A stretch of DNA of 64,000 nucleotides from Candidatus Latescibacterota bacterium (GTDB taxonomy: Bacteria; Latescibacterota; UBA2968; UBA8231): contig OZ253462.1 of assembly GCA_965261395.1 (NCBI GenBank), positions 1,504,001 to 1,568,000 on the forward strand, read 5' to 3'. A program made the position numbers and the translations under genes. The notes below the pieces were generated by a model that was not told the DNA's origin, searched no databases, and saw only the letters and a program-made list of their open reading frames with translations. Position 1 is the first letter of the stretch. Every line of letters begins with the position of its first letter. Shown one piece after another: positions 1 through 10,131 of this stretch.

Positions 1-1168
1 AGGTCCCCGACAGCAGCTCGTAGTACACGTAGGGCTGGCGATCGGGCCGCTGCCCCCCGATAATCACCAGGGTATTGCCCCCTTCGCCAGCGGCCATGAC
101 CCGATCGGGCAGCAGTCCGGCCAGAGCCCCGAAGATCGTATCGGCCAGGCGGAAGCCGGTGATGCCGCGCATGGACGAAGCCGCGGGCATGACTCCGTTG
201 ACCACGGTGCCGGGCGGGGCGACAATATCGAGGGGGCGGAACATGCCCGCGGTGTTGGGGATATCCTCGCGCAGCACGGACCGCACGCACAGGGCCACCA
301 CCGAAGACGTGAAGGAGAGCGTGTTGTTGATGGCCCCGCTCACCTGCGGAGCAGTGCCGGTGAAGTCGGCCCGCAGCTCGTCTCCCGCCACGGTGATCTC
401 CACCTGCAAACGCACCGGCGGCCCTCCCACCCCGTCGCTGTCCATATAGTCGACAAAGGTGTGGCTGCCGTCGGGCCAGGAGGCGATTTCGGCCCGCACC
501 AGCCGCTCGGTATAGTCGATCAGATCCGCGGTGCAGCGCGCAAAGGTGTCGGGGCCGTAGCGGCCGATCAACTCGCCTATGGCCCGGGCGCCGATGTGGC
601 AGGCCGCTAGCTGGGCCCGCAAGTCTCCAATGGTCATCTGCGGTACCCGCACATTGGCGCGGATCAGGGCGAACAGGGCCTCGTCGGCCTCGCCCCGGCG
701 GTAGAGCTTGAGCCAGGGGATGCGCAAACCTTCCTGAAAAATCTCCGTATTGTCGCAGGCCGAACTCCCCGGCAAACGACCGCCCATATCTAGGTGGTGG
801 GCCGTGCTCACGGCAAAGGCCACGCGCTGGCCCTCCCAGAAGACGGGCTGGACAATGAAGATGTCCGGGATGTGCATGCCTCCTTCAAAAGGATCGTTGA
901 GGATGAAGACATCGCCCTCTTCCACATCGTCGCCGTACTTGGCCAGCAGGGTCTCCATGGCAAAGGGCACCGCGCCCAAATGCAGCGGAATGGTGACGCC
1001 TTGGGCGATCATCTGGCCCTCGGCATCGCACAGGGAAGTCGAGTAGTCCAGACAGTCCCGCACAATGGTCGAATAGGCCGTGCGGTAGAGCGCCATGGCC
1101 ATTTCGTCGGCCGCCGAAGCTAGGGCGTTGCGCACGATTTCGCGCGTGATAGGATCTATGGCTGCCAT
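1..1168 (-). CDS. Hydantoinase B / 5-oxoprolinase family subunit (runs off the window start)
   Basis: Read manually from ATG at 1168: MAAIDPITREIVRNALASAADEMAMALYRTAYSTIVRDCLDYSTSLCD...; later NDPFEGGMHIPD; directly follows hydantoinase A. Confidence 0.9.
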   Translation of the reverse strand, partial: MAAIDPITREIVRNALASAADEMAMALYRTAYSTIVRDCLDYSTSLCDAEGQMIAQGVTIPLHLGAVPFAMETLLAKYGDDVEEGDVFILNDPFEGGMHIPDIFIVQPVFWEGQRVAFAVSTAHHLDMGGRLPGSSACDNTEIFQEGLRIPWLKLYRRGEADEALFALIRANVRVPQMTIGDLRAQLAACHIGARAIGELIGRYGPDTFARCTADLIDYTERLVRAEIASWPDGSHTFVDYMDSDGVGGPPVRLQVEITVAGDELRADFTGTAPQVSGAINNTLSFTSSVVALCVRSVLREDIPNTAGMFRPLDIVAPPGTVVNGVMPAASSMRGITGFRLADTIFGALAGLLPDRVMAAGEGGNTLVIIGGQRPDRQPYVYYELLSGT

Positions 1169-1188
1169 CGCTTCACACTCTTCCCTCT

Positions 1189-3276
1189 CTAGCTGGAGCG
1201 CACTTCGATGAGGAGGTGGCCCAGATAGTGCCGCCGGGCGCGCATATCCGGCGGCACTACAATGGTGGAATCGCACTCGTCGATGAGCAGGGGTCCCTCG
1301 GCTCCCTGGTCGAGGTCCCGGCGGTCGACCAGGGGGACGGCCAAGGTCTCGCCGGCGAAATAGGCCATCCGACTGCCCCCACCCGCAACTGGCTGGACCG
1401 CTGTTTCCAAGCCATGGCCCAGACCTCGCACTCCGGCCTGGCCGACCAGACGCACGGCCACCACTTCCACGGGGTTGTCCGGGTCGGAGCGATGCCCGTA
1501 TAGGCGCTCGTGCTCGCGCACAAAGTCGGCGCGCAAGCGGGCCACTCCCTCCGGGCTTATGGGCCCGTCGGCCAGGTCGACGCCGATCTCCGAGGTCTGC
1601 CCCCTAAAGCGCACGTCGGCACTGCAGCGCAGCCCGACCTGGTCGGCCCCGAACCCCTCGGCGGCGAACTGGGCCAACTGCCGCTCCTGCATCCGGACCC
1701 GGATCTGCTCTAGGGCCGGGGCCTGAAGATCCTCCCCCCCCAGCAGGCAACTGCGCACATCGTGGTGCTCCACCCCCGAACACAAAAGCCCCAGGGCGCT
1801 GAACAGACCCGGCAGCGGCGGCACCACGACCTGACCAATGGCCAGGTCCCGAGCCAGGCCCGCGGCGTGGATGGGTCCGGCCCCGCCAAAAGCCATCAGA
1901 GCGAAGTCGCGCGGATCCCGCCCCCGCTCGGTGGACACGGCCCTCAGGGCCCGCATAGTGCGGGCGTTGGCAATGCGGTGGATGCCTTCGGCCGCCTGCA
2001 GCAAATCCAGTCCGAGGGGCGCGGCAATGCGGTCGTGCACCGCCCGCTGCGCAGCCTCCGCGTCGATCGATACCTCGCCGTCGGCCAGGTCCCCGGGGCG
2101 GATATAGCCCAGCACCACATTGGCGTCGGTGAGCGTCGGCTCGAGCCCCCCCCGCTGGTAGCAGGCCGGCCCCGGCACGGCCCCGGCGCTGCGCGGCCCC
2201 ACCCGCAAACCGCCGGCCTGGTCCAAAAAGGCGATGCTACCACCTCCTACCCCCACTTCGGCGATATCGATGCTGGGCGCCCGGATCAACTCGCCCCCGC
2301 CGCCGATGAGCCGGTTGCCCGCGGACAGCGAGGCGCCCACCTCGTACTCGGGGCTGTAGGCGATGCGGCCCTCTTCGATCATGGCGGCCTTGGCTGTGGT
2401 GCCGCCCATATCCAGGGTGATGACCTGGTCTAATCCCAGCTGGCCGGCGGCGAAACTGGCGCCTAGGACCCCGGCCGCGGGACCCGATTCGAGGGCAAAG
2501 ACCGGCCGGCTGGCCGCCTCCCAGTCCGCGGCCAGCCCGCCGGTCGACTGCATGATCAGCAGCGGCGCGTCCACGCCGCGCTGCTCCAGCCCGTGGCGCA
2601 GGGCGCCCAGATAGCGCTGCATCACGGGCTGGACATAGGCGTTGACCGCGGTGGTGGCGCTGCGCTCGTACTCGCGGCGCTCGGGCAGCACTTCCGACGA
2701 CAGCGACACCGGCACCTCGGGCAAGCGCTCGCGCAAATATTGTCCTAGGCGGAGTTCGTGCTGCGGAAAGGCGTACGCGTGCAGCAGGCATACGGCCACT
2801 GCCTCTACCCCCTCGGCCTCTACCCGCTCGGCGAGCCGCTCGAGTTCTCGCTCTTCGAGGGACACCAGGACCTCGCCGTCGGCCGCCACCCGCTCGTCCA
2901 CTTCGAGGCGCAGGCGGCGCTCGATCAGGGGCCGGGGTTTGTCGAAGAACAAATCGTAGAGCTGGGGGGCCCGGACGCGGCGCAGTTCCAGCACATCGCG
3001 GAAACCCCGGGTGGTGATCAGGGCCGTGCGTGCGCCCCGGTGTTCGAGCACCGCGTTGGTGGCCACTGTGGTGCCGTGCGCTACCTCGGACACGGCCTGG
3101 TCCGCAGCGCTGAAGCGGGGTATGAGCTGGTCGAGGGCAGCTAGCACGGCGCGCTCGAAATGGGGAGGGGTCGACGGCACTTTGTGGGTCCAGATGCCGC
3201 CCTGATCGTCGAGGGCCACCACGTCGGTGAAAGTGCCTCCCACATCGGCACCAATGCGGATAGTAGAGCGGGTCAT
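1189..3276 (-). CDS. Hydantoinase A / oxoprolinase family subunit
   Basis: GADVGGTFTD, HGTTVATNA, ESGPAAG, DMGGTT, GPRSAGAVPGPACY motifs. Confidence 0.95.
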   Translation of the reverse strand: MTRSTIRIGADVGGTFTDVVALDDQGGIWTHKVPSTPPHFERAVLAALDQLIPRFSAADQAVSEVAHGTTVATNAVLEHRGARTALITTRGFRDVLELRRVRAPQLYDLFFDKPRPLIERRLRLEVDERVAADGEVLVSLEERELERLAERVEAEGVEAVAVCLLHAYAFPQHELRLGQYLRERLPEVPVSLSSEVLPERREYERSATTAVNAYVQPVMQRYLGALRHGLEQRGVDAPLLIMQSTGGLAADWEAASRPVFALESGPAAGVLGASFAAGQLGLDQVITLDMGGTTAKAAMIEEGRIAYSPEYEVGASLSAGNRLIGGGGELIRAPSIDIAEVGVGGGSIAFLDQAGGLRVGPRSAGAVPGPACYQRGGLEPTLTDANVVLGYIRPGDLADGEVSIDAEAAQRAVHDRIAAPLGLDLLQAAEGIHRIANARTMRALRAVSTERGRDPRDFALMAFGGAGPIHAAGLARDLAIGQVVVPPLPGLFSALGLLCSGVEHHDVRSCLLGGEDLQAPALEQIRVRMQERQLAQFAAEGFGADQVGLRCSADVRFRGQTSEIGVDLADGPISPEGVARLRADFVREHERLYGHRSDPDNPVEVVAVRLVGQAGVRGLGHGLETAVQPVAGGGSRMAYFAGETLAVPLVDRRDLDQGAEGPLLIDECDSTIVVPPDMRARRHYLGHLLIEVRSS

Positions 3277-4928
3277 GGGCGCGGTATCACCGGCAGGATC
3301 AGGTAGGAGGGATGGGCTCGGTCGTGGTAGATCCGCTGCCGGGCCACTTGCATCTCGTCGTCCAAACCGTGCGGATGGCCGGTGTTGAGGTTGCGGTCAA
3401 AGCGCGGGAAATTGCTGCTGGAGACCTCCAGCCGGATGCAGTGCCCGGCCCGGAAGAGATTGCTGGTCTCCCACAGCTCGATCCGATAGACGTACACCTG
3501 ACCTGGTTCGATGGGACTGGGGTCTTGGTAGGAGTCGCGGAAGCAGGTCCGCACAATGCCCTCGCACAAGTGGATGGCCTTGCCCCCGGGGCGCACGTCG
3601 ACCAGGGCGGCGGTAAAATCGGTCTCCACCGCGCTGGAGGCTGCGTGCAGCACCAATTCCACCGGCCCGGTAACTTCCACGTCCGCGGCCAGCGGCTCGG
3701 TGGTGTAGACCAGCACGTCGTCGCGCCGCTCCACCGGCCGGCGGTCCTTGGGTCCGGTGTTGTCGATGAACATGCTCTGTCCCCCCAGGGTGGGCACTGG
3801 GTCGTCCGGATCGTAGGCATAGCCGTCGCACGGCTCGTCCCCGGGCTCCTGGTGGCTCAGCCGTCCATTGCCGTGCACCGAGTTGGCCCGCCCTCCGCTG
3901 TGCAAAAAGAAGCGGGTGTACTGGGTCCGCTTTAGGGGCCACGCCTCTTCGCCCCGCCAAACATTTTCCCCCATGACAAACAACTGCACCGGCGCCTCCC
4001 GGTCGATGCCGCTGTCCACGCCCTTGAGTCGCTGATCGTACCAGCGCAAATGCGCCTGCGGCATATCCACCCGGGCCGCGGGTCCAAAGTCCACATCGCC
4101 AAAGGGATCGTCGCTGCCGATCAGTGTATGGGTCCACGGCCCCACCATGAGGCGCGATTGCTCGCGGGCTTCCCGTCCCTTGGCCTGTTGCCGCCAGCCC
4201 TTGAAGCACTTGAAAACTTCGTGCAGCAAATTGTCGTACCAGCCCGTGATGAAATAGGCCGGCGTTTCCACCTCGCCGTACTGGCCCTTCATGCTGTGCG
4301 AAGCCCAGAACTCGTCGAAGCAGGGGTGGCGAATGATCTCCCGGTAGAAGGGCCGTTCGCCCAGGTCGTCGAGCGCCGTCAACAGCGGCAGGCGGCGGTA
4401 GACCCGATCCCAGTCGAGCAGATCCCTGGGGGCGTTCTGGTTGGTGCGCTGGCCCAGCCAGATGAAATTCATGGCGTTCTGCAGCTGCAAAACGCCGTTG
4501 TAGCGCATGTGGCCGTAGTTGTCCTCTTGGTTGGCGATAGGCACGATGGCTTTGACAAAAGGGCTGCGCAGCGGTGCCGGCAGGAGCTGGGTGAAACCCG
4601 GATAGGACACCCCAAAGGTGCCGATGGTGCCGTCGCACCAGGGCTGCTGTCCGATCCACTGCTGCGTATCGTACCCATCGTCTCGCTCGTCGACATAGGG
4701 GCGCCATTCGTCCTCCGACTCGTACCGGCCCCGGCTGTCCTGCATGAGCACGGCGTACCCTGCCGCCACAAAGCGCCGGGCCCACTCCACGTAGCGGGGA
4801 TGCTGGGTGCTGTAGGGCGAGCGGATCAGCAGCACGGGGAAGCGCTCCCCCGCGGCCGGCCGGTACAGGGCTCCGTAGAGCCGCACCCCGTCGCGCATGG
4901 GTATCGAAATATCGAGTTGAATGCGCAT
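3273..4928 (-). CDS. CocE/NonD family serine hydrolase
   Basis: IPMRDGVRL, RSPY, GVSYPG nucleophile motif, GWYD, GPWTH, SSSNFPRFDRN. Confidence 0.95.
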   Translation of the reverse strand: MRIQLDISIPMRDGVRLYGALYRPAAGERFPVLLIRSPYSTQHPRYVEWARRFVAAGYAVLMQDSRGRYESEDEWRPYVDERDDGYDTQQWIGQQPWCDGTIGTFGVSYPGFTQLLPAPLRSPFVKAIVPIANQEDNYGHMRYNGVLQLQNAMNFIWLGQRTNQNAPRDLLDWDRVYRRLPLLTALDDLGERPFYREIIRHPCFDEFWASHSMKGQYGEVETPAYFITGWYDNLLHEVFKCFKGWRQQAKGREAREQSRLMVGPWTHTLIGSDDPFGDVDFGPAARVDMPQAHLRWYDQRLKGVDSGIDREAPVQLFVMGENVWRGEEAWPLKRTQYTRFFLHSGGRANSVHGNGRLSHQEPGDEPCDGYAYDPDDPVPTLGGQSMFIDNTGPKDRRPVERRDDVLVYTTEPLAADVEVTGPVELVLHAASSAVETDFTAALVDVRPGGKAIHLCEGIVRTCFRDSYQDPSPIEPGQVYVYRIELWETSNLFRAGHCIRLEVSSSNFPRFDRNLNTGHPHGLDDEMQVARQRIYHDRAHPSYLILPVIPRP

Positions 4929-4932
4929 CCTC

Positions 4933-5069
4933 TCAGTACCCCTTGTCTTTGTCGATGAATCCCAAGAGGGGCTCGCCGGCGAGAAAGCGCCGCAGATTGT
5001 CGCAGAATACGCCCACGATTAGACCGAACCGGTTGACCAGCCGACGAGCCAACTGATGGGCGCAGTCAT
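4933..5069 (-). pseudogene. C-terminal remnant of a D-2-hydroxyacid dehydrogenase
   Basis: Minus strand reads ...VFCDNLRRFLAGEPLLGFIDKDKGY*, a typical family C-terminus; the rest of the gene is absent. Confidence 0.6.
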
Positions 5070-5174
5070 GGCGACCCTCAAAAGCTTGGGCTTTACGACC
5101 TAAAGGCTGGGAGGTAATATACAGCTAGAAAGTGTCCATCAAAACCGGGGAAATACCACCGGATCAGAATTGAT

Positions 5175-5972
5175 ATGAACCGCATACACGAAGCCAACCG
5201 TCGGGTGTGGAATGGTCAGGCCGCTAGCTGGGAAGAACGAAGCAATCGAGAAGATCGGTGGCACCGATGCCACATAGATCCTGATTTGGCGTTCGAAGGT
5301 GGAGCGCTTCAACTGATTCAGACGGTTTCTGACGGGTTAAGCAACAAAAAGGTGTGCGTTATCGGCAGCGGCGATAATATGGCAGCGTTCGCTCTTGCAG
5401 GCTTGGGTGCGCAAGTTACGTCGACGGACATTTCGGAAGAGCAATTAGCAACGGGGGCACGTAGAGCTGAGCAGCTTGGTTTGTCCATCTCATTCGTTCG
5501 CTCGGATGCCGCCTGTCAGGAATCGCTGGCCGATTCGAGCTTTGACCTCGTATGCTCGACCAACGGCTTTTTTGTGTGGATCGCCGATCTGGAAGCGGTT
5601 TTTAGTGAGGTCACGCGAATTCTAAAACCCGGTAGCTCTTACGTGTATTTCGATATCCACCCCTTTCAGCGACCCTGGAAGGATCAGGCGACCCCACTTG
5701 CAATGGAAAAGCCATATTGGTCCACAGGCCCATTTCAGTCGCAAGATCGAGACTCTTATGAATTCAACTGGACTTTGGCTGACCTCTTGAACCCAATGGC
5801 GGCGGTGGGGCTCATGTTGGTCAAGCTCTTGGAGAGTCCAGCTCGCGACACGCGGTATTGGCAGGGGTCTTCTCATAGCGATGGCATTGACGACACCTTG
5901 TTGGAGTGGAGTGAAAATTCCCGGGCTGGACTCCCCGTATGGCTGGCGGTTGCGGCGCGCAAGGTAGTTTAG
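5175..5972 (+). CDS. Class I SAM-dependent methyltransferase
   Basis: VCVIGSGD motif I, STDISEEQL, SFDLV, RILKPG. Confidence 0.85.
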   Translation: MNRIHEANRRVWNGQAASWEERSNREDRWHRCHIDPDLAFEGGALQLIQTVSDGLSNKKVCVIGSGDNMAAFALAGLGAQVTSTDISEEQLATGARRAEQLGLSISFVRSDAACQESLADSSFDLVCSTNGFFVWIADLEAVFSEVTRILKPGSSYVYFDIHPFQRPWKDQATPLAMEKPYWSTGPFQSQDRDSYEFNWTLADLLNPMAAVGLMLVKLLESPARDTRYWQGSSHSDGIDDTLLEWSENSRAGLPVWLAVAARKVV

Positions 5973-6067
5973 CGGAGAGGTCCAACCTGCTAGCGCAGGT
6001 TCGCAGCCCGAGCGAACGTTGGAGGCCAGTCAAATAGAGTCGTATGAATCGCCACTAGGAGCCTGTA

Positions 6068-6541
6068 ATGCTCAAAGTCCGTGCAGCGACTGTCGCTGAC
6101 GCCGGCACTATCTCCAGCTTGAACGATGAGGTTCAGAATGTTCATGCTGAGGCTTTGCCGCATCTTTTCAAGCCGGCATCGAGGGAGACCTTTTCGGCAG
6201 AGGAGATCACCGAAATTCTAACCGAGCCAGACAATCACATATTCTTGGCCTATTTTGGTGAGGAACCTGCGGGATATATCTATTGCGAAATTCGACATCG
6301 CGAGGAATCACCTGCTATGTATGCACGGAATCAGGTTTACATCCTCCACGTGTCGGTCAATCGCTCGCATCAGAGAAAGGGAGTTGCTACAGCACTGTTT
6401 TCTGCGGTTACGGCGCTGGCAAAGGATGTTGGTATTCGACGATTGGGGTTGGATGTCTGGTCGTTCAATGCAGATGCGATCGCCTTCTTTGAGCGCGAAG
6501 GATTCGAGATCGCCAGGCACATTATGATAAAGAATCTGTGA
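6068..6541 (+). CDS. GNAT acetyltransferase
   Basis: VNRSHQRKGVATAL acetyl-CoA motif, NADAIAFFEREGF. Confidence 0.9.
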   Translation: MLKVRAATVADAGTISSLNDEVQNVHAEALPHLFKPASRETFSAEEITEILTEPDNHIFLAYFGEEPAGYIYCEIRHREESPAMYARNQVYILHVSVNRSHQRKGVATALFSAVTALAKDVGIRRLGLDVWSFNADAIAFFEREGFEIARHIMIKNL

Positions 6542-6559
6542 CCGGTGCCTAATTAATAC

Positions 6560-6748
6560 AAGACCTTGACTCGTAAAGGAGTATCTGACATGAATGAGCG
6601 CGACTTTGACCAACTTGTATCCAGCGTCAAGCAAGCCGGAGCGATCAAGCGCGGCAAGATGAAGCCAAGGCGCAGAATCCAGATGGATGCAGCCGATATC
6701 AAGACGATCCGCAAGAAACGGTCCATTGCGCAACCGCAGCGCGGTTAG
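6560..6748 (+). pseudogene. Remnant of a RelE/HigB-HigA type toxin-antitoxin module
   Basis: Toxin-like tail LVKEYLT* overlaps (ATGA) the antitoxin start at 6590, MNERDFDQLVSSVKQAGAIKRG...DIKTIRKK, which breaks off where the HTH should begin. Confidence 0.6.
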
Positions 6749-6794
6749 GGAACGTTATCAGCGACAGCAATGAGGAGGAGAGGATTTTGTCGAG

Positions 6795-7136
6795 ATGATG
6801 TTCAGGATTCGAAGATATCAGGTCGTCCCCGGTAAGACGCAAGCGTTCAACGACTTTTTCCTGACGAGACTGTTTCCCGTTCAGAAGAGGTACGGAGCCC
6901 GTCTCGTCGGTCGTTTTCAAACAGACGATGGGCTCCAGATCGTCGCTGTATGGGTTTACCAGAGCTTCGACCACTACAAAGAAGTGCAGAGCTTGGTCGC
7001 CGAGGATACCAACTCGATTGCGGCTCAAGAGTATCGATGACAGGTGTTAGATCCGCTCTTCACAGAGACGGATGAATCCTTCATGACTTCAACGGTACCA
7101 ATGGCATTGACGGAACTTTCTCACTTGGAAACATGA
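6795..7136 (+). pseudogene. NIPSNAP-family protein with an in-frame TGA at 7038-7040
   Basis: MFRIRRYQVVPGK... N-terminus; the frame stays open 31 codons past the TGA (QVLDPLFTETDESFMTST...) to a TGA ending at 7136. Confidence 0.6.
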
Positions 7137-7161
7137 AGGCATCTCAAGATACAAAAAGAAA

Positions 7162-7716
7162 ATGGTAGTCCTAGAGCCATTCACTGAAGCAGACTTCGAT
7201 AGGTTGATTGGTTGGATACCATCCAGTGACTTTCTTTTGCAATGGGCTGGACCGGATTTTGAGTATCCGCTTGATCGTGAACAGCTAGACGAACATCTGA
7301 CTGGTACTCGGAGCGACTTGCCAAGCAAGCTGATCTACAAGGTTGTGGACAGTGAGAATGGGACAGTAATTGGGCACATTGAGCTGGCGGCGATTGATCG
7401 TCGCAACGGAAGTGCCCGTGTGTGTCGGGTGCTCGTCGGCGATCCTGCTTACAGGGGAAAGGGCATCGGAACGGTTATGATGGAGAAGATCGTTGAGGTC
7501 GGCTTTCGTCGGCTTGATCTCCATCGCATTGAGCTAGCCGTGTTCGACTTCAACACAAGCGCCATACGCTGCTACGAGAAGGTCGGGTTTGTGAAGGAAG
7601 GACACCTCAGAGAATGCCGAAAGGCCGATGATGGCTATTGGAGTTCCTATATCATGGCTATCTTGAGGCATGAATGGGAAAGCAGTAGAAACGAACTAAG
7701 GACGGAACGGGCGTGA
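7162..7716 (+). CDS. GNAT acetyltransferase, RimJ/RimL-like
   Basis: YRGKGIG, LHRIELAVFDFNTSAIRCYEKVGFVKEG. Confidence 0.9.
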   Translation: MVVLEPFTEADFDRLIGWIPSSDFLLQWAGPDFEYPLDREQLDEHLTGTRSDLPSKLIYKVVDSENGTVIGHIELAAIDRRNGSARVCRVLVGDPAYRGKGIGTVMMEKIVEVGFRRLDLHRIELAVFDFNTSAIRCYEKVGFVKEGHLRECRKADDGYWSSYIMAILRHEWESSRNELRTERA

Positions 7717-7845
7717 TGTGGATATCGGTTATATTCGATGCAGTTTGCGATGGGCAAGGATCGTGTGTAGTATCTTGATCAATGTCTCTGATAACAGCAA
7801 AGCTGGACAACAGTCTGGATTGCTTCTTGCGAAGGACGGTTCGCA

Positions 7846-9075
7846 ATGTTTAGGTCGATAGAAATACAAGACTGGCGTCAGTTTTCGTCCGTGGATATTA
7901 CGTTCCACGAAAAGCTGACAGTACTTACAGGTGCCAACGGAGCCGGCAAAACAACGATCTTGAATCTCCTCAATAGGCATTTTGGCTGGAATCTGCACCT
8001 CGTCGGCACTCCTCGTGCTGGAAAGAAGGGAGTGCTAAGATTCTTCTCAGACCTTTGGAAGTTCAAAAAACTGTCCCTTGATAGCTCGGCCCCCAGCGAG
8101 AATGTATTTGGAAAAATTGTCTATGAAGATAGTGCGGAGGCACAGCTTGCAGTTCCCCATGAAGTTTCAAGTCAATATCAAGTGGATATACATGGTCAGC
8201 AAAGTGTCTCGGGGTTATTCATCCCATCTCACCGTCCAATATATGTCTATCAGCAAGTTTCTCAGATACCGACCTCAATAAGTGCAAATGAACAACTTCT
8301 GTATGACTACTTGAGCGAGATACGAAGTCGCTACAATGCAAATGCTCGTGTTCAATCAGCAAGCTATCGAATAAAGGAAGCATTGATATCCTTAACCACG
8401 TTTGGTTACGGAAACCAAGTCGTAGCAAGAAACGAAGATGCGGTGTCGACGTTTGAAGGATTTGAGAAAATTCTCGCACGCGTACTTCCTAGCACATTGG
8501 GCTTCCGAAAGATTCTAATTCGGATGCCAGAGGTAGTCTTGGATACAAGTAGTGGAGAATTTTCTTTTGACGCGGTCTCAGGTGGTGTATCAGCGATCAT
8601 TGACTTGTCATGGCAACTTTATATGACATCAATCGTATATCCCCGTTTTGTCGCGGTCATTGATGAGCCGGAAAATCACCTACATCCAACTCTACAAAAG
8701 ACCCTTTTACCAGATTTTATTGAAGCTTTTCCTAATGTACAATTCATTATCGCAACACACAATCCTTTCATGGTTAGCTCAGTTTCCGACTCAAATGTTT
8801 ATGTTTTAGACTATAATATGGAACAACCTACACGCGTTGTTAGCACTAAACTTGATCTTGTCAACAAGGCTGCATCATCAAACGATATATTGAGAGAAGT
8901 TCTTGGGCTACCACATACTAAGCCGGTATGGGTAGAAAAAAAGATTGATGCTCTAATTGAAAAATATAGTTCACGTGAATTGACAAAGAGTGATCTTGTG
9001 GAGCTACGGAATGAAATGAAAAGCCTGCGACTGGACCATCTGTTTCCTGAAACTCTCTCGCGTATCCAGAAATAG
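7846..9075 (+). CDS. ptuA: ABC/AAA ATPase, Septu PtuA-like
   Basis: Walker A GANGAGKT, signature VSGG, Walker B VIDEPENHLHP, H-loop ATHNP; low GC; followed by an HNH gene. Confidence 0.75.
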   Translation: MFRSIEIQDWRQFSSVDITFHEKLTVLTGANGAGKTTILNLLNRHFGWNLHLVGTPRAGKKGVLRFFSDLWKFKKLSLDSSAPSENVFGKIVYEDSAEAQLAVPHEVSSQYQVDIHGQQSVSGLFIPSHRPIYVYQQVSQIPTSISANEQLLYDYLSEIRSRYNANARVQSASYRIKEALISLTTFGYGNQVVARNEDAVSTFEGFEKILARVLPSTLGFRKILIRMPEVVLDTSSGEFSFDAVSGGVSAIIDLSWQLYMTSIVYPRFVAVIDEPENHLHPTLQKTLLPDFIEAFPNVQFIIATHNPFMVSSVSDSNVYVLDYNMEQPTRVVSTKLDLVNKAASSNDILREVLGLPHTKPVWVEKKIDALIEKYSSRELTKSDLVELRNEMKSLRLDHLFPETLSRIQK

Positions 9076-9082
9076 GTTCAGC

Positions 9083-9742
9083 ATGATAAAGCTAACCAAG
9101 GGAGAGAAACCAGAAGTATTAGTCAAAAATAACCAGAGTTGGAAGACAGAATACGTCACGGGTGTGAAAACTGGTAATCTAAAGGATTCTCAAAAATACC
9201 GTTACAGAGACTCAAGTATCAAAGAGGCACTTCGTGCCGAAACTCACGAGAAATGTGCTTATTGTGAGAGCAAAATTTCTCATATACATCCAGGTGAGAC
9301 AGATCATATTTTTCCTGTCTCTCGTCGTCCTGATCTATGCGTTGATTGGGACAACCTTACTTTGGTTTGCTCAGAATGCAATAGACGTAAATCGGATTAC
9401 TATAACGAAGAAGAGCCCTTGGTAAATCCGTACGTTGACGAACCGTCAGATCATTTGATTTTTTTTGGTCCTATGGTCCTGCATTGGGATGCAATGGGCT
9501 TTCGCACGAGGAAAAAAATGGGACTTTCGCGAACCCAACTCATTGAGCGAAAACAGGAGCGGATCGAGCAGTTGAATACGTTGGTTCAGCAGTGGCGTGA
9601 AACGCCGAATGGCCCGACTCGACAGTTTCTTAAGGAAGAGATTATGAAGTATGCTGCCGATGCTGCCGAGTTCGCAGGGACATTTAGGGCATTCATTCGT
9701 GGAGAAATGGGCTGGGAAGTTACTGCGGAGAGTCAGGAGTAA
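9083..9742 (+). CDS. ptuB: HNH endonuclease, Septu PtuB-like
   Basis: MIKLTK start, KCAYCE...DHIFP...WDNLTLVCSECNRRKS, LVNPY motif. Confidence 0.75.
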   Translation: MIKLTKGEKPEVLVKNNQSWKTEYVTGVKTGNLKDSQKYRYRDSSIKEALRAETHEKCAYCESKISHIHPGETDHIFPVSRRPDLCVDWDNLTLVCSECNRRKSDYYNEEEPLVNPYVDEPSDHLIFFGPMVLHWDAMGFRTRKKMGLSRTQLIERKQERIEQLNTLVQQWRETPNGPTRQFLKEEIMKYAADAAEFAGTFRAFIRGEMGWEVTAESQE

Positions 9743-9975
9743 TCGGCTTCGATTTCCGCTCGCTCTACCTCGTATCCTGCCGATTTCACATCTGCGATGG
9801 CTGAACGAATAGCTGCTTCGAGGGAATCGCCCTCTCGGTGAAAATCAATCGAGAAGACGCCGTTGCATACACCTGGCGTTCCATCGTTGCAACCGGCCTC
9901 AAGCAATTCGTCTGCAATTTCTTCGGTCAGTTCGTATTGTCCTTTGAGAATCAAGGCAAACTCATATTTGGCCAT
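9733..9975 (-). CDS. Small HicB-like antitoxin-type protein
   Basis: MAKYEFALIL...FHREGDSLEAAIRSAIADV; lies directly downstream of a toxin-like fragment. Confidence 0.55.
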   Translation of the reverse strand: MAKYEFALILKGQYELTEEIADELLEAGCNDGTPGVCNGVFSIDFHREGDSLEAAIRSAIADVKSAGYEVERAEIEADYS

Positions 9976-10001
9976 TGGGCTTAACCCTTCCAATTTATAG
10001 C

Positions 10002-10078
10002 CTACAACAGGTGATGAGGGCAACGATCAACAGCTCGACGGATGTCTTTGGCATGGTCTTCGGGGTTCTTTGGTGTTA
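10002..10078 (-). pseudogene. C-terminal fragment of a small HicA-like toxin partner
   Basis: Minus strand reads TPKNPEDHAKDIRRAVDRCPHHLL*; no N-terminus is present. Confidence 0.5.
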
Positions 10079-10131
10079 AGTATATAGCTCTCACATAGCT
10101 CGTTCAACGACTCAATGCCCAGTACAGATAT

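Noticed and set aside
3397-4785. 462-aa alternative-frame ORF and many similar long ORFs across the window
   Set aside because: Expected shadows of GC-rich coding sequence; Arg/Pro/Ala-rich with no motifs
7716-7846. Retron ncRNA upstream of the Septu-like pair
   Set aside because: No RT in the window and no convincing a1/a2 inverted repeat
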